Shown: piece by piece, positions 1 through 12,938 of the stretch | How positions within the stretch are numbered: the first letter of the stretch is position 1 | Layout: every line of letters starts with the position of its first letter | Source: Octopus vulgaris | Taxonomy: Eukaryota | Assembly: GCA_951406725.2 (NCBI GenBank) | Contig: OX597823.1 | Span: 92,566,001-92,630,000 of the forward strand | Direction: 5' to 3' | Length of the DNA stretch: 64,000 nt | Notes under the pieces: generated by a model | Told to the model about the DNA's origin: nothing | Databases searched by the model: none | Seen by the model: the letters and a program-made list of their open reading frames with translations, nothing else | Made by a program: the position numbers and the translations under genes

Positions 1-150
1 GACGGGCTTCTTTCAGTTTCCGTCTACCAAATCCATTCACAAGGTTTTGGTCGGCCTGAAGCTATAGTAGAAGACACTTGCCCAAGGTACCACGCAGTGG
101 GAATGAACCCGGAACCATGTGGTTGGTAAGCAAGCTACTTACCACACAGC
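1..150 (-). mobile_element. tRNA-derived SINE, family A (CORE-like), head region, cut by window edge
   Basis: Reverse complement matches 28538-28688 (ggctgtgtggtaagtagcttgc...gttccgggttca...ccttgggcaagtgtcttctactatagc). A/B-box-like head plus CORE-like ccttgggcaagt. Confidence 0.85.
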
Positions 151-217
151 CATATTCGGTAACATAAAGAACATTCCCTTCATCAGTTGTCCCCTGTTTT
201 ATCTACTCCGCGTTTCG

Positions 218-256
<39 letters not shown>

Positions 257-895
257 AACTGAAATATGGTACAAGGATGTTACATCTGGAACCTGAGAAT
301 TCGGTTATATTACGACGCTTAACGAACTTCCACATTTCTTCTACTGGAAACTCTTATTGCTTGAGATGCGCTTGGAGGAAACTTCGGTACCCTATTACGC
401 TAGAATTTCCTCTCATATTTTGGATATTGGCCCAAGTATTATATATACCTCTAGTTTTGGAGTTAGTATATTGTAAATATCTTCCACACGACTGGACCTC
501 ATATCTCCTTCCCTCTGCACAATCCTACTGTCTTTTCCCTTGAATTCTTTACAATTTTCAACTTTCTTTGTTATTTCTGAAGAAAATGTAAATCATGTTA
601 ACGCATCGAAGTTTTGCCTTTCCTCTCGTATCATCATAATATTTTGGTTGCTGCACCTAACTGATGTCCACGTCTCTATCTCTCCTTTCGATTTCCCTTT
701 CTGTCGGAATTAATCGAAGGTTCTTATATTAACACGCAGAGCAAATGCCAGTTTGCTCTTCACCCGTAATCTAATATTTTTTTGTCTTTCTACAGACACT
801 ACAAAATATATCTCCAAGACAGATTCTATTCCTCTGAAGAACGTCAGCACAACCAAACAAAATAATTACTCACTCAGCTGTCTATATTTGTGTCT

Positions 896-1095
896 GTGAG
901 TTGGTAGAACCGTTAAATTCTTAGCACCATTCTTCCGTTTGTTTTCAACGTTCTGGCGTCATATAACTCAGAAGACAACTTTTCTTTTCATCCATTCGGT
1001 GTCGTTAAAATAAAGTACCAGTCAAGTACAAAAGCTGAAATAGTCGACTACGTTCTCCTAACAATTGATGGACTCGTGCAAAAGCTTAAAACACT
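896..1095 (+). mobile_element. SINE family B, degenerate copy
   Basis: Contains ttttcatccattcggtgtcgttaaaataaagtaccag, similar to the family B core at 55885-55920. Confidence 0.6.
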
Positions 1096-2072
1096 TATTT
1101 GTTTATGATTGCAGCGTGGAAGGTATTTATAAGCCATTTAAGAAACACACAAAAGCCGTTCGATTCACTTCAACATTTAAATTTAATTTGTCAAAATATT
1201 TTCGTCGCTTTGAGACCACGACCTGTTCACTGACAAAACTTCGTGCTGCATCTGAGAAAGTAACAGTTAGTTCATGATAAATATGTACGTATATATATCT
1301 GTGTGTGTGTGTATGTATGTATGTATAAATGTGCGTGTATGTATGTATGTATGTTCGTATGTATGTATGTGTGTACGTGTATGTGCGCATGCATGTGTAC
1401 ATGCCCATGCGCATGTATGTACTTATGTGCTTACGTATGTATGTGAGTATGTATGTGAGTATTTAGGAGAGTGTGTAGACGTGTTTGTGTGTGTGTACAT
1501 GTGTATGTACATGTGGACGTATGTTTATGTACTGTTTATGACTATTGCCCTCAAACTCTCTGAGTTTGTCATAAATGTAACGACGGTCCCATGGTACAAC
1601 GTCATCGCCAATTGTCCTTGCTGAGCCCTTTTCCCATATGTTGTATCACTCCCCCTCCCAGGGGTGTGGTGCTTGTGCTGTTAATGCAATGACACAGCTT
1701 CGTTCTTCTACTACGACGTTGTTGTTCTGCTGGTGTTCTTGTTGCTGCTGCTGCTGTTGATGAAGAAAATGATGATGATGACGTTGAAGGTGATGAGGAT
1801 GTTGAGGTTGATGATGATAAGAGGTTGATGATGATAGTAATGATGATAATAACCATGATGTTGAGAAGGAGGGGTTCGAGAATGAAGAAAAGGATGATGA
1901 TGATGGGGATGGTGGTGGTAGTTTTAATGTTGCTGTCTATGGTGACGTCGGTGATAACGATGATGACGACAACGATGACAACGACGATGATGATTATATC
2001 ATGTACGATGTTGACGATGATGGTGATGTGTTTAAAAAAAGTAATAGTAATAAATGGACTAAATCGGACAGG

Positions 2073-2239
2073 TTAGGCAACAGTGCGAATCCTGCCGGAG
2101 CGGTGGTTAACACCAGTGTTGATTTTCTCACTAGTGGGGACAGCAGCGGTGGTGGCGCCACTGTTACGGTTGTTGTTGTTGTTGTGGTTGTCGGTGGTGG
2201 TGGTGGTAGGTTTTACTGGTTGCTTCAATGTGTCTTCTA
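2073..2239 (-). CDS. Candidate terminal coding exon of an unidentified host gene (low-complexity T/N-rich peptide)
   Basis: Minus strand: acceptor-like ttgttacttag followed by EDTLKQPVKPTTTTTDNHNNNNNRNSGATTAAVPTSEKINTGVNHRSGRIRTVA*. Followed by trinucleotide-rich sequence (about 1700-2030). No homology recognised and other frames are also partly open. Confidence 0.25.
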
Positions 2240-2955
2240 CTAAGTAACAAATTATGAAGTTCTGCAGTTAAAATTAATGACTGAAAATATCGAACTATTG
2301 ATGCGCGGTAAAAATAACCTATGAAACACTTCTTACTTTTGTTTGTTGTTTGACGAGCGTCTAGGGGAAGTGAACACAGGGGGTGGGTACGGGGGTTATA
2401 TTTGCCGGGGAAAATGATCTATTACTTTCGCAAATTGTTCAGAGATGGAAGGAGAGACTGAGATAAAGAAATACAGACAGACAGAAAGAGACAGATAGGG
2501 GGAGGGGGTCAGAGGAAGTGACAGAGACATAGAGTCGTCTGCGAAGAAGGCAATGTCGTAAAATGTTTGTAGTCTTAAAACAGAGACTGTATTATATGAT
2601 CGGTGGTTTTGTTCTTACATTATTATTTATAAAGAATATTTCCTCGACTTGTTTTGCTAGCACAAAACTGTTCAGTGTCTTGTTATGGTGTTTTCAATCA
2701 GAATTTTCTGTATGGGAGAGAGGAAAAAAAAAGAACTTTTTTCAATTGTGATAATAAACAACGTTTACTGTCTATTATTTTCTTTCCCTCTCAATTTTAA
2801 ATGCAAGAATAAATGTGCCTGTAAATATGATATATGCGTGTATATATAATACTTAGTGAATCTATACACACATAGACACACACACACACTCAAAGAAATA
2901 CATACACACCCATATATGCATACATAAAAACATATATTTACCTGTTCATCGATCA

Positions 2956-3016
<61 letters not shown>

Positions 3017-3035
3017 TATACATACATATATATAG

Positions 3036-3072
<37 letters not shown>

Positions 3073-3510
3073 ATGGCCGTGTGGTAAAACGTTTGCTTCA
3101 CAACTACATGGTTCCGAGTTCCATCTCACTGAGTGGCACCCTGGCCAAGTTGCTTATATTATAGCTTCGAACCGATCAAATCGTGAGCGGATTTAGGAGA
3201 AACTAAAAGAAACTTGTCGTATATGTATATATATATATATTGTGTATGTGTGTGTGTATATCGAGAGAGAGTGTGATGTGTGTGTGTGTGTGTGTTTCTA
3301 TCTGTGTTTGTCTTCCACCGCTGCTCGACAACCAGTAATGATGTGAACAATTTCCTGTAAACTAGCGGTTCGGCAAAAGAATCGATAGAATAAGTACCAG
3401 GCCTTTGAAATAATTAGTTGCATGATCGATGGAATCGACTAAAAATTCTTCAAGGTTGCGCCCCAGCATGGCCGCAGTCTAAAGACTGAAACGAGGAAGA
3501 TATAAAAGAG
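3073..3510 (+). mobile_element. tRNA-derived SINE, family A, diverged full-length copy
   Basis: Head, internal TA/TG microsatellite and tail (tagcggttcggcaaaaga...ccccagcatggccgcagtc) collinear with 28527-28930. Confidence 0.8.
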
Positions 3511-4454
3511 AAAAATTCATATTGCAAAATGGCGTTTGAAATTGTATAAAATTTCTATAACACATTCGTTTCTGCCTTTCTCCTGGAATGCCATGTTCTT
3601 TGAAGAGAACTCAGTGAATATGTCCTCATGAAAGTACCCTGTATGAAAATACAAATACTTTTAATGTTAAGTAGTAAATCCTATGCCAATACCTCCTAAA
3701 GCCGATTGACATCACTAATACCACGAATGTTTTGGTAAATATGAATAAACATCACTCATTCTCACTCCGTCTATTATTATTATAAACGTGTGGTCAGTGC
3801 TAGAAATCAATTATATCCTTGCAAATGGCGCTGACAATTTTATTCAGGACGGAACAAAGGAGAATGAATATAAAAAAAGAGGAAAAGAGGAAAATTTAAC
3901 ACGGTGTAGAGTAGTCGTAATGTCATGTGATGAAACGATGAATGCAGTGACATGTTTCACTTAGATTGGTCAATACAAAAGGAATTAGTCGGCAATTCAA
4001 TTAGTCAGCTGGTCATATTGGTGTCTGTACATAATAATAACTGACTCAAACAAAGATTGTATTTGAAATCACGAATCGTATAGAATAGCAATGAAGAAAC
4101 CACAAATGTCAAACGATTGGACGATAATGTAAAAGGTAACAAAGTTGAAAACCTACACAGACTAAGCAGGTCAGTAATTAGTGAGAATAATTCTAGAATA
4201 AATAAAATAATGGGGAGCTGGAAAGGTCTGATGTTTAAAGAACGTGACATATTACAAAACGAGAGTTTGTTTCAATAATGTCGCTCTCTTCGCTGAAATA
4301 TTTAACGTTTCATAGTCTTTTACAGAGTTAATAGAATCGGTTAGGGACCACTAAGCTTTCAGTAGTAGAAGGTAAGCAACCGAGTCCCAGTTTATTTTGA
4401 AGTAGACCAGCATTTGACAGGAAGAGAATCAGTCATTTTTCAGAGTAAAGAGTG

Positions 4455-4755
4455 GATTCATGGCTTAGTGGTTAGCAAATTCGGCTCACGATCGTAAGGG
4501 CGTGTGTTCGATTACTGGGAGCGAGTTGTGTCGTTGAGAAAAACATTTTATTCCTAGTTACTCCACTAAGATGGCGAAAATGCGTGGTACCTGTAATTCA
4601 AAGGGCCGGCCTTGTCACATTCTATCTCACATTAAATCTTCCTGAGAACAAAGTGTCTGTGGAGGTCTCAGCCAGTTGCACGTTAATTTTACTAGCAGGC
4701 TGTTACGTTAATCGGATCAACTGGAAAGCTCGTTGTCGTAACCGATGGAGTGCAA
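4455..4755 (+). mobile_element. tRNA-derived SINE, family D
   Basis: Head tggcttagtggttag...gttcgatt. The 3' part resembles 33800-33950 (gttaattt..cgagcaggc..gttgatcggatc...gtaaccgatgga). Confidence 0.6.
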
Positions 4756-5610
4756 GTTTAGAGAGAGAACAAACATACACAGAATGTTATTACTGAAGTT
4801 TTTTGTGAAATATAGCCAAAAATTTTAGCCGTCACTGCTTTTATAAAAAAAAAATATATAATTACTCGATACATGAGATTATGGTAGATATTTGCATCGA
4901 TATTTTCTATACAACTACACGGTTGACAAGGGAGCAATTGGATACTGCTGTTTTTGGTTTATTTATTCTCATCAGTGATCGGTTTCCCTACATTTTAAAG
5001 CCACTATGAAAATCTCTTTAAATCAACTACCGTTAAGCTTATGACCAAATTGAATAGACTGAAGTCTCTCTCACGAGTGCTGATACCCATAAGACCGGAT
5101 TTTGCCCCGATTGCCATGGTGTATAAATCACTAAGATTATAACCACCACCAGCCCACTGGGTGGGACGCCGGTCACACACAAAGTAAAATCCCCAGTTAT
5201 GGCTATAACGTATTTACAGTTGAGTCTATTGGAACACCGTGAAGTGAAATGTTATGCTCAAGGATAAAATGCACCGCCCGATCCGGAAACTGAAACCCCA
5301 GTCTTACATTTGTGAGTGCAATAACCTAATCAAGAGCCGGAATTTGAACTCAGAACGTAGCGGCAGACGAAATACCGCTAAGCATTTCACCCGGCGTGCT
5401 AACGTGCTAACGATTCTGCCAGCTCATTGCCTAGAAAAGTGTGGCACTTTTCTACCGTCCTGTTGTACTTACCACATACGTTTCCGGGCTTAAATAATAC
5501 CACAGCATTCGTGAAGCGGTGGGAGCACAAGCACAAGACAAACACGCAAACGTATAAATAAATAGAAATACAGACACACATATGCGCGCACACACACACA
5601 CACACATAAT

Positions 5611-5711
<101 letters not shown>

Positions 5712-5925
5712 CAATAATAATTCTCTAAAAGGGATATAGACAGTAACTGCTCGATAACATAAGGGACTAAAGCCATCTGAATATGGCTAGGGACAGGGCA
5801 GGGTGGTGGGGGTGTTACTGTTGCATTTAGCCCCAGGCGAACATCGACGTCACCAGAAAGGCTCGACACCGTCACGGTGCCCTTAACCTGCAAAGGGAGG
5901 TAATTCCCCGATGAAGCGGAAACCA

Positions 5926-5971
5926 CACACGGACCATGGTTTCAAGGTGTATTGCCTATCATCGGCGTGTG
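5926..5971 (-). ncRNA. Type I hammerhead ribozyme (360-bp family); further copies at 6286-6331, 6646-6691, 7006-7051
   Basis: Reverse complement of the motif at 7162-7207. Confidence 0.8.
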
Positions 5972-7161
5972 GTAGGCCTCCGCTTCCTCGACGAATTCTC
6001 TCTCTGCAGGATCTTCTTATATAGATTTTCAAGCAAAATACATTTGCTGATTTCGAAAATCTGTTCGAAAGCAATAATAATTCTCTAAAAGGGATATAGA
6101 CAGTAACTGCTCGATAACATAAGGGACTAAAGCCATCTGAATATGGCTAGGGACAGGGCAGGGTGGTGGGGGTGTTACTGTTGCATTTAGCCCCAGGCGA
6201 ACATCGACGTCACCAGAAAGGCTCGACACCGTCACGGTGCCCTTAACCTGCAAAGGGAGGTAATTCCCCGATGAAGCGGAAACCACACACGGACCATGGT
6301 TTCAAGGTGTATTGCCTATCATCGGCGTGTGGTAGGCCTCCGCTTCCTCGACGAATTCTCTCTCTGCAGGATCTTCTTATATAGATTTTCAAGCAAAATA
6401 CATTTGCTGATTTCGAAAATCTGTTCGAAAGCAATAATAATTCTCTAAAAGGGATATAGACAGTAACTGCTCGATAACATAAGGGACTAAAGCCATCTGA
6501 ATATGGCTAGGGACAGGGCAGGGTGGTGGGGGTGTTACTGTTGCATTTAGCCCCAGGCGAACATCGACGTCACCAGAAAGGCTCGACACCGTCACGGTGC
6601 CCTTAACCTGCAAAGGGAGGTAATTCCCCGATGAAGCGGAAACCACACACGGACCATGGTTTCAAGGTGTATTGCCTATCATCGGCGTGTGGTAGGCCTC
6701 CGCTTCCTCGACGGATTCTCTCTCTGCAGGATCTTCTTATATAGATTTTCAAGCAAAATACATTTGCTGATTTCGAAAATCTGTTCGAAAGCAATAATAA
6801 TTCTCTAAAAGGGATATAGACAGTAACTGCTCGATAACATAAGGGACTAAAGCCATCTGAATATGGCTAGGGACAGGGCAGGGTGGTGGGGGTGTTACTG
6901 TTGCATTTAGCCCCAGGCGAACATCGACGTCACCAGAAAGGCTCGACACCGTCACGGTGCCCTTAACCTGCAAAGGGAGGTAATTCCCCGATGAAGCGGA
7001 AACCACACACGGACCATGGTTTCAAGGTGTATTGCCTATCATCGGCGTGTGGTAGGCCTCCGCTTCCTCGACGAATTCTCTCTCTGCAGGATCTTCTTAT
7101 ATAGATTTTCAAGCAAAATACATTTGCTGAGAGAGAATTCGTCGAGGAAGCGGAGGCCTAC

Positions 7162-7207
7162 CACACGCCGATGATAGGCAATACACCTTGAAACCATGGT
7201 CCGTGTG
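7162..7207 (+). ncRNA. Type I hammerhead ribozyme (360-bp family); further copies at 7521-7566, 7881-7926, 8241-8286
   Basis: cacacg CCGATGA t-agg-caataca-cct-t GAAA ccatgg TC cgtgtg. Helix I is cacacg/cgtgtg (6 bp, extendable to gaagcgga/tccgcttc), the core has U4C, helix II is agg/cct, helix III is the palindrome accatggt, and the GUC cleavage site falls after 7201. Confidence 0.8.
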
Positions 7208-8728
7208 TGGTTTCCGCTTCATCGGGGAATTACCTCCCTTTGCAGGTTAAGGGCACCGTGACGGTGTCGAGCCTTTCTGGTGACGTCGATGTTCGCCTGG
7301 GGCTAAATGCAACAGTAACACCCCACCACCCTGCCCTGTCCCTAGCCATATTCAGATGGCTTTAGTCCCTTATGTTATCGAGCAGTTACTGTCTATATCC
7401 CTTTTAGAGAATTATTATTGCTTTCGAACAGATTTTCGAAATCAGCAAATGTATTTTGCTTGAAAATCTATATAAGAAGATCCTGCAGAGAGAGAATCCG
7501 TCGAGGAAGCGGAGGCCTACCACACGCCGATGATAGGCAATACACCTTGAAACCATGGTCCGTGTGTGGTTTCCGCTTCATCGGGGAATTACCTCCCTTT
7601 GCAGGTTAAGGGCACCGTGACGGTGTCGAGCCTTTCTGGTGACGTCGATGTTCGCCTGGGGCTAAATGCAACAGTAACACCCCCACCACCCTGCCCTGTC
7701 CCTAGCCATATTCAGATGGCTTTAGTCCCTTATGTTATCGAGCAGTTACTGTCTATATCCCTTTTAGAGAATTATTATTGCTTTCGAACAGATTTTCGAA
7801 ATCAGCAAATGTATTTTGCTTGAAAATCTATATAAGAAGATCCTGCAGAGAGAGAATTCGTCGAGGAAGCGGAGGCCTACCACACGCCGATGATAGGCAA
7901 TACACCTTGAAACCATGGTCCGTGTGTGGTTTCCGCTTCATCGGGGAATTACCTCCCTTTGCAGGTTAAGGGCACCGTGACGGTGTCGAGCCTTTCTGGT
8001 GACGTCGATGTTCGCCTGGGGCTAAATGCAACAGTAACACCCCCACCACCCTGCCCTGTCCCTAGCCATATTCAGATGGCTTTAGTCCCTTATGTTATCG
8101 AGCAGTTACTGTCTATATCCCTTTTAGAGAATTATTATTGCTTTCGAACAGATTTTCGAAATCAGCAAATGTATTTTGCTTGAAAATCTATATAAGAAGA
8201 TCCTGCAGAGAGAGAATTCGTCGAGGAAGCGGAGGCCTACCACACGCCGATGATAGGCAATACACCTTGAAACCATGGTCCGTGTGTGGTTTCCGCTTCA
8301 TCGGGGAATTACCTCCCTTTGCAGGTTAAGGGCACCGTGACGGTGTCGAGCCTTTCTGGTGACGTCGATGTTCGCCTGGGGCTAAATGCAACAGTAACAC
8401 CCCCACCACCCTGCCCTGTCCCTAGCCATATTCAGATGGCTTTAGTCCCTTATGTTATATATATATATATATATATATATTCACTAAATTCGTTTACGGA
8501 AAACGCTTTTCAATATGCATATAAAAGCACCTATCAATGCCGGATACAGCCTAGTGATACCAAACTAGCAATAGCAATTTTGGTGGGGTTGCACCGAGCT
8601 GTAACGATGTAATATAGGATAACTATTGTAATAGTAATAATGATAATCCATGGATTTGATTTTAAATATCTTGATGTAACGCTACGCGCGAATAAATGAA
8701 TCGGAATATGTATATCCATCTGTAGATC

Positions 8729-8729
<1 letters not shown>

Positions 8730-8770
<41 letters not shown>

Positions 8771-8990
8771 TTTGTTATCATTATTATTATTATTTTTGTT
8801 ATTATTACTATTATTATTATTACTATTATTATTATTGTTGTTATTATTATTATGATTATGATTATTATCATTATTATTATGATTATTATTATTATTATGA
8901 TTATTAATATTATTGTTGTTGTTGTGGTTGTCGTTGTTATAATCATTATTATTAATATTGTTATTATTATTATCATTATCATTACTTATT
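8730..8990. repeat. (TTA/TTG)n trinucleotide microsatellite
   Basis: Directly visible. Confidence 0.95.
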
Positions 8991-9070
8991 ACTTATTGTG
9001 TTTGCTCACGCTATTGTTCACATCTCGCAAACGTCGCGTTAATTTGCCAAAGAAATCACTGGATATCTCT

Positions 9071-9451
9071 CTCTATATAAACGGCAGTTTGTCTGTGCGT
9101 GTTTCTGTGTGTCTGTTTTCTCGTACCCTCACTCTGACCACGGCTTTCAACCGATTCTGATGAAACTTGACACACACATAGCCCAATGTCATAATTCAAA
9201 ACTAACGCAGCGAAAATTTTGAAAAGTTCCCCCAGTTCTGAAAAAAATCGATAAATTCGACATGGGGTCGAGAATCAGAAACCCAAACCACAGACCGTGT
9301 AGGGGACGCAACTCCACCTTTTTTAACTCTCAAAAAAAAATTTACCATCATTTTTTTTCCATTTTTTTGCTATTTTTTGGCTATAACTCTCTAAAAATGC
9401 TTTATAGTTATTTCCCTTACAAACCTGAGCAACGCCGGGCGATACTGCTAG
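9071..9451 (+). mobile_element. Non-autonomous Helitron
   Basis: 5' TCTATATAAA; 3' hairpin cctgagcaacgccggg followed by CTAG|T. The 3' end is shared with 62445-62515 and 44473-44540. Confidence 0.75.
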
Positions 9452-10121
9452 TTGGCTATAAATAGAACTCATCGAACCACGTCTTCATCTCCACGGGGTT
9501 AGTGAAGGAAAGGCTTCACAGCTTTGCCAGCTTTAGGACAATTGACGTAAAGGAAGGGAAGCAGGTGTCGAAATGGCTCATTATTTTATCTCCATAGCAC
9601 GTCATTGTTGTGTTCCTGAAAAGAAGTAAAAAGTAATGTAATTTCAAAAAGCCTAAACGAACGTTGTAGGGGAAGACTACAGCAACAAAAGAAATTCGAG
9701 GAAACACTGCAATTAATTCTTCGTGTTAATTGAAGGAAACAATTTATCTGCGTAGAAAATCTGCTTAATCTATTTGCCAAAATCAAATACCTTACATTCT
9801 CTCTTTCAACTGTTCCAGCCTTTAGGCTGCGCCCATACTAGGGCACCATCTCGGAATGCTTTGTTTCAACAAAATGGGGGCATTACCGTTATTTTATTTA
9901 GTCCGTCTTTATTCTCTGTTTATTTGCCGACGATCTGCTACGCTACGGGTATGTAATTACATCCACACCGGTTGGCAAGCAGTTTTGGACACACACGCAC
10001 ACCCACACACAAACAAACACTCATATAAACACACGCACGCACACGCATATACAGATATATATTTTTTTTTTTCGTACTTGTTTCAGTCATTTGACTGCGG
10101 CCATGCTGGAGCACTGCCTTT

Positions 10122-10287
10122 AGAGTGGTGAAAGAGTACAGCAGGGATCACCACCTCCTGCCGGAGCCTCGTGGAGCTTTTAGGTGTTTTTTTCGCTCAA
10201 TAAACACACACAACGCCCGGTCTGGGAATCGAAACCGCGATCCTCCGACCTCAAGTCCGCTGCCCTAACCACTAGGCCATTGCGCCT

Positions 10288-10290
<3 letters not shown>
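10122..10290 (-). mobile_element. tRNA-derived SINE, family C
   Basis: Minus strand aggcgcaatggcctagtggttagggcagcggac...ggtttcgattcccagacc has Pol III A and B boxes, followed by a non-tRNA body. Confidence 0.7.
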
Positions 10291-10361
<71 letters not shown>

Positions 10362-10445
10362 GTATATATGTATATATGTATATATATATATACAGACACA
10401 CATATATATATATATATGTATCTGAGTGTGTGTGTGTGTGTATAC

Positions 10446-10485
<40 letters not shown>

Positions 10486-10509
10486 GGAGAGAAAGAGAGA
10501 GATAGAGAA

Positions 10510-11377
10510 CCTGTCCTTACTGCCCGCTGCCATCAGGAACGACTACAGTCTGCTACACAGCACATAGTGGCTACATCAACAATGGAGGTCGATAGTCTTC
10601 TTTGATGAGAGCTGGTACCACGTTCCCACCTCGAATATCAGATTGTGAGTGTAGCGTAGGAAATAATGAACGCTAGAGAGGCGCATGTGTCATAGAGAGA
10701 GGTGGCCAAGGCATCATGGTTTGGGGTGTTATAGACCTGAATCAGAGATTTGGGCCCATGTGTTCCAAAATGTTGGTGCAGGTAGAGGGAATGGCATCAC
10801 AGCGCAGGGCTAAGTTGCCCAGATCCTAAGACCTCACATCGAGCCCTTCTTTGCGCGCAACCATATACACGTGTTCCACCAGGACAATACTATCCACCAC
10901 ACGGCCAGAGAAACCATGAAATTCTTGTGACACCGCAACATCAGAACCAAGCCGTTGCTGTCTCTCAGCCCAGATATGGATCCAATTGAACCCTTGTGGG
11001 ATGAAATCCAGAGACAGCTGAACCAGGTGGTCCCAAGGCCGACAACTATGGTGGAACAGGAGGCAGCTTTCCTCAGGGTGTGGCGCATGTGCCATTGGCT
11101 TTTGTGAATCGCTTCATGAACTCCATGTACCGACGGTGTATGACCGTTTTGAATACCCAGGAAGAACATACACGGTATTGAACATGTCACGCTCTACAAT
11201 TTCGTTATGCTGTATCCGCCCACTATCAGAACACATAACAACGACCCATAGACTGTGGTCAAAGTGCATCCAAGAAACAGACGTTTTCTGAATTATCAAA
11301 ATTTATTTCTGACATAATGAAATTAAAACATATTTCACAGTGACACACGTCTCGCGCTTCCTTTGCGGTTCAGTGTA
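10510..11377 (+). mobile_element. Decayed Tc1-like (DD34E) DNA transposon, 3' part
   Basis: Translates FHQDNTIHHTARETMKFL*HRNIRTKPLLSLSPDMDPIEPLWDEI with 34 residues between D and E. Ends ...gcggttcagtgTA. Same family as 57468-58600. Confidence 0.85.
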
Positions 11378-11509
11378 CTAATTTAATCTGTTTAATAAGT
11401 TTTCAAACACAATCCCGCCATATTGTTTCAAAATTCCAGTTTGTGCCCCGGACTCCCTCTGTCTCCCAGCAGCGTTGGCAGTTGCCGAAGAAGAAGCTTA
11501 AAGTGGGAT

Positions 11510-11930
11510 TTCCATCGAAACGTGGCATGGCACTGATCTGTTCAGTGGTGCTCAATATAAAGCAGACACGCACCAAGGAGGGTCCTAGTACAAGAGATGC
11601 TGTTTGCTGAAGATAATGCACTGGTTGCCCACAGTGCTGAATATATGCAGAAACTTGTAGATAACTTTGTCAGAAATGCACAACAGTAAAGCTAAAAGAT
11701 TAATATCAGGAAAACCGAACCCATTTACCAATTTCTGGAAAACTTACCTGCCTATGTAAGAAGAGAAAACATGACCATTAAACATGAAGCGCTGGTCCAG
11801 AGCAAAGCAATCAAATACATAGGTAGTACCATCTCAGATAATGAATGATTCGACAAGGAAATCACATACTAAATGAGCAGGGCGAGTACTTTAGTTGGTA
11901 ACCCATGATAGACTTATCTGGTTCACTAAG
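11510..11930 (+). mobile_element. RTE-clade LINE reverse transcriptase fragment
   Basis: LVQEMLFAEDNALVAHSAEYMQKLVDNF...INIRKTE...KYIGSTISDNE*FDKEI, matching the FADD and KYLGS regions of RTE RT, with stops. Confidence 0.75.
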
Positions 11931-11974
11931 CCATAATAATTTGTGAAATAACAACAACGATAATAATTGATAAT

Positions 11975-12180
11975 GGTGGTTTCAAATGTTTGCGCAAAGC
12001 CAGCAATCTCGGGGATGGGGTAAGGTGGATTTCGTCGACCGCAGTGCTCAGATGGTACTTATTTTATCGATGAAAGGCAAAGTCGACCGGGCGGAATTTG
12101 AACGCGGAACGTAAAGACGGACGAAATGCTGCTAAGTATTTTGCTCTGGATGCAGACGATTCTCTCAGTTCTCCATCTTC
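11975..12180 (-). mobile_element. SINE family B
   Basis: tgaaaggcaaagtcgacc.ggcggaatttgaac...gacgaaatgc matches the other family B copies. Confidence 0.75.
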
Positions 12181-12886
12181 CAAACTATAAAGTTTGGGAT
12201 TTAGACAAAAATACAACAGATATCTGAGGAGCGAATAAGTGGATTGAATGGATCCATCTCATGACTAAATCTTGTATTTTATCGGCTCGAAAGAATTAAA
12301 ATTCGAACCCGCAACCTAAAATGTGGGCATATTTCTTAGCACTTTAGTCATTTAAATTCTTGGAGAGTCAGGTACGAGAAGCCGAATAATTCTTCCATGG
12401 AGAAACATGTAAATACTTGGTTTCAGAAAATATTTCAGTAGAGAGATCCATCCAGACGCAGCTCAAATGCTAAATTTAGTGACATCATAAATATAAGTTC
12501 AGATTTGACCTTCTTTTGCGTAGATTAAAATAATCTGGAATGATAAGCGCTGAACAGATTATTCTGGACTGTTTTCACTTGTATGTGAATATAGCTGCGT
12601 TGCATGTGACCATGGATGCATGCAGTCTTCTGTGCGATAATTCGTAAAACTGTATTTAAAATAGATAATGGTTGTGTACATGTATTAGCATGTGTTTAAG
12701 AGCATGAGGGAGGGGAGGAGTGAATAGCGATAACGACATAAAAGGATAACGAAAGGAACATTGATTGATCTTTTGAACGAGAGTGATGAGGAGAAATACA
12801 AGGTGAAAGACATAGAGAGATGGTTGACAAAAGAAGACGCTCGACCGAAAATGTAGAACAAGAGCAGGAGACGCACACAAATATTG

Positions 12887-12938
<52 letters not shown>

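Noticed and set aside
1821-2243. Plus-strand Asp-rich open frame
   Set aside because: It arises from (GAT/GGT/GTT)n low-complexity sequence with several frames open and no supporting start or acceptor.
5883-8612. Repeated 63-aa and 85-aa ORFs in the 360-bp unit
   Set aside because: They use non-ATG starts, have no recognisable domain, and the frames change in the second locus (a substitution alters the stops). The sequence is better explained by RNA structure.
10215-10290. Possible tRNA gene
   Set aside because: A and B boxes are present but there is no proper acceptor stem, and it continues into a SINE body.
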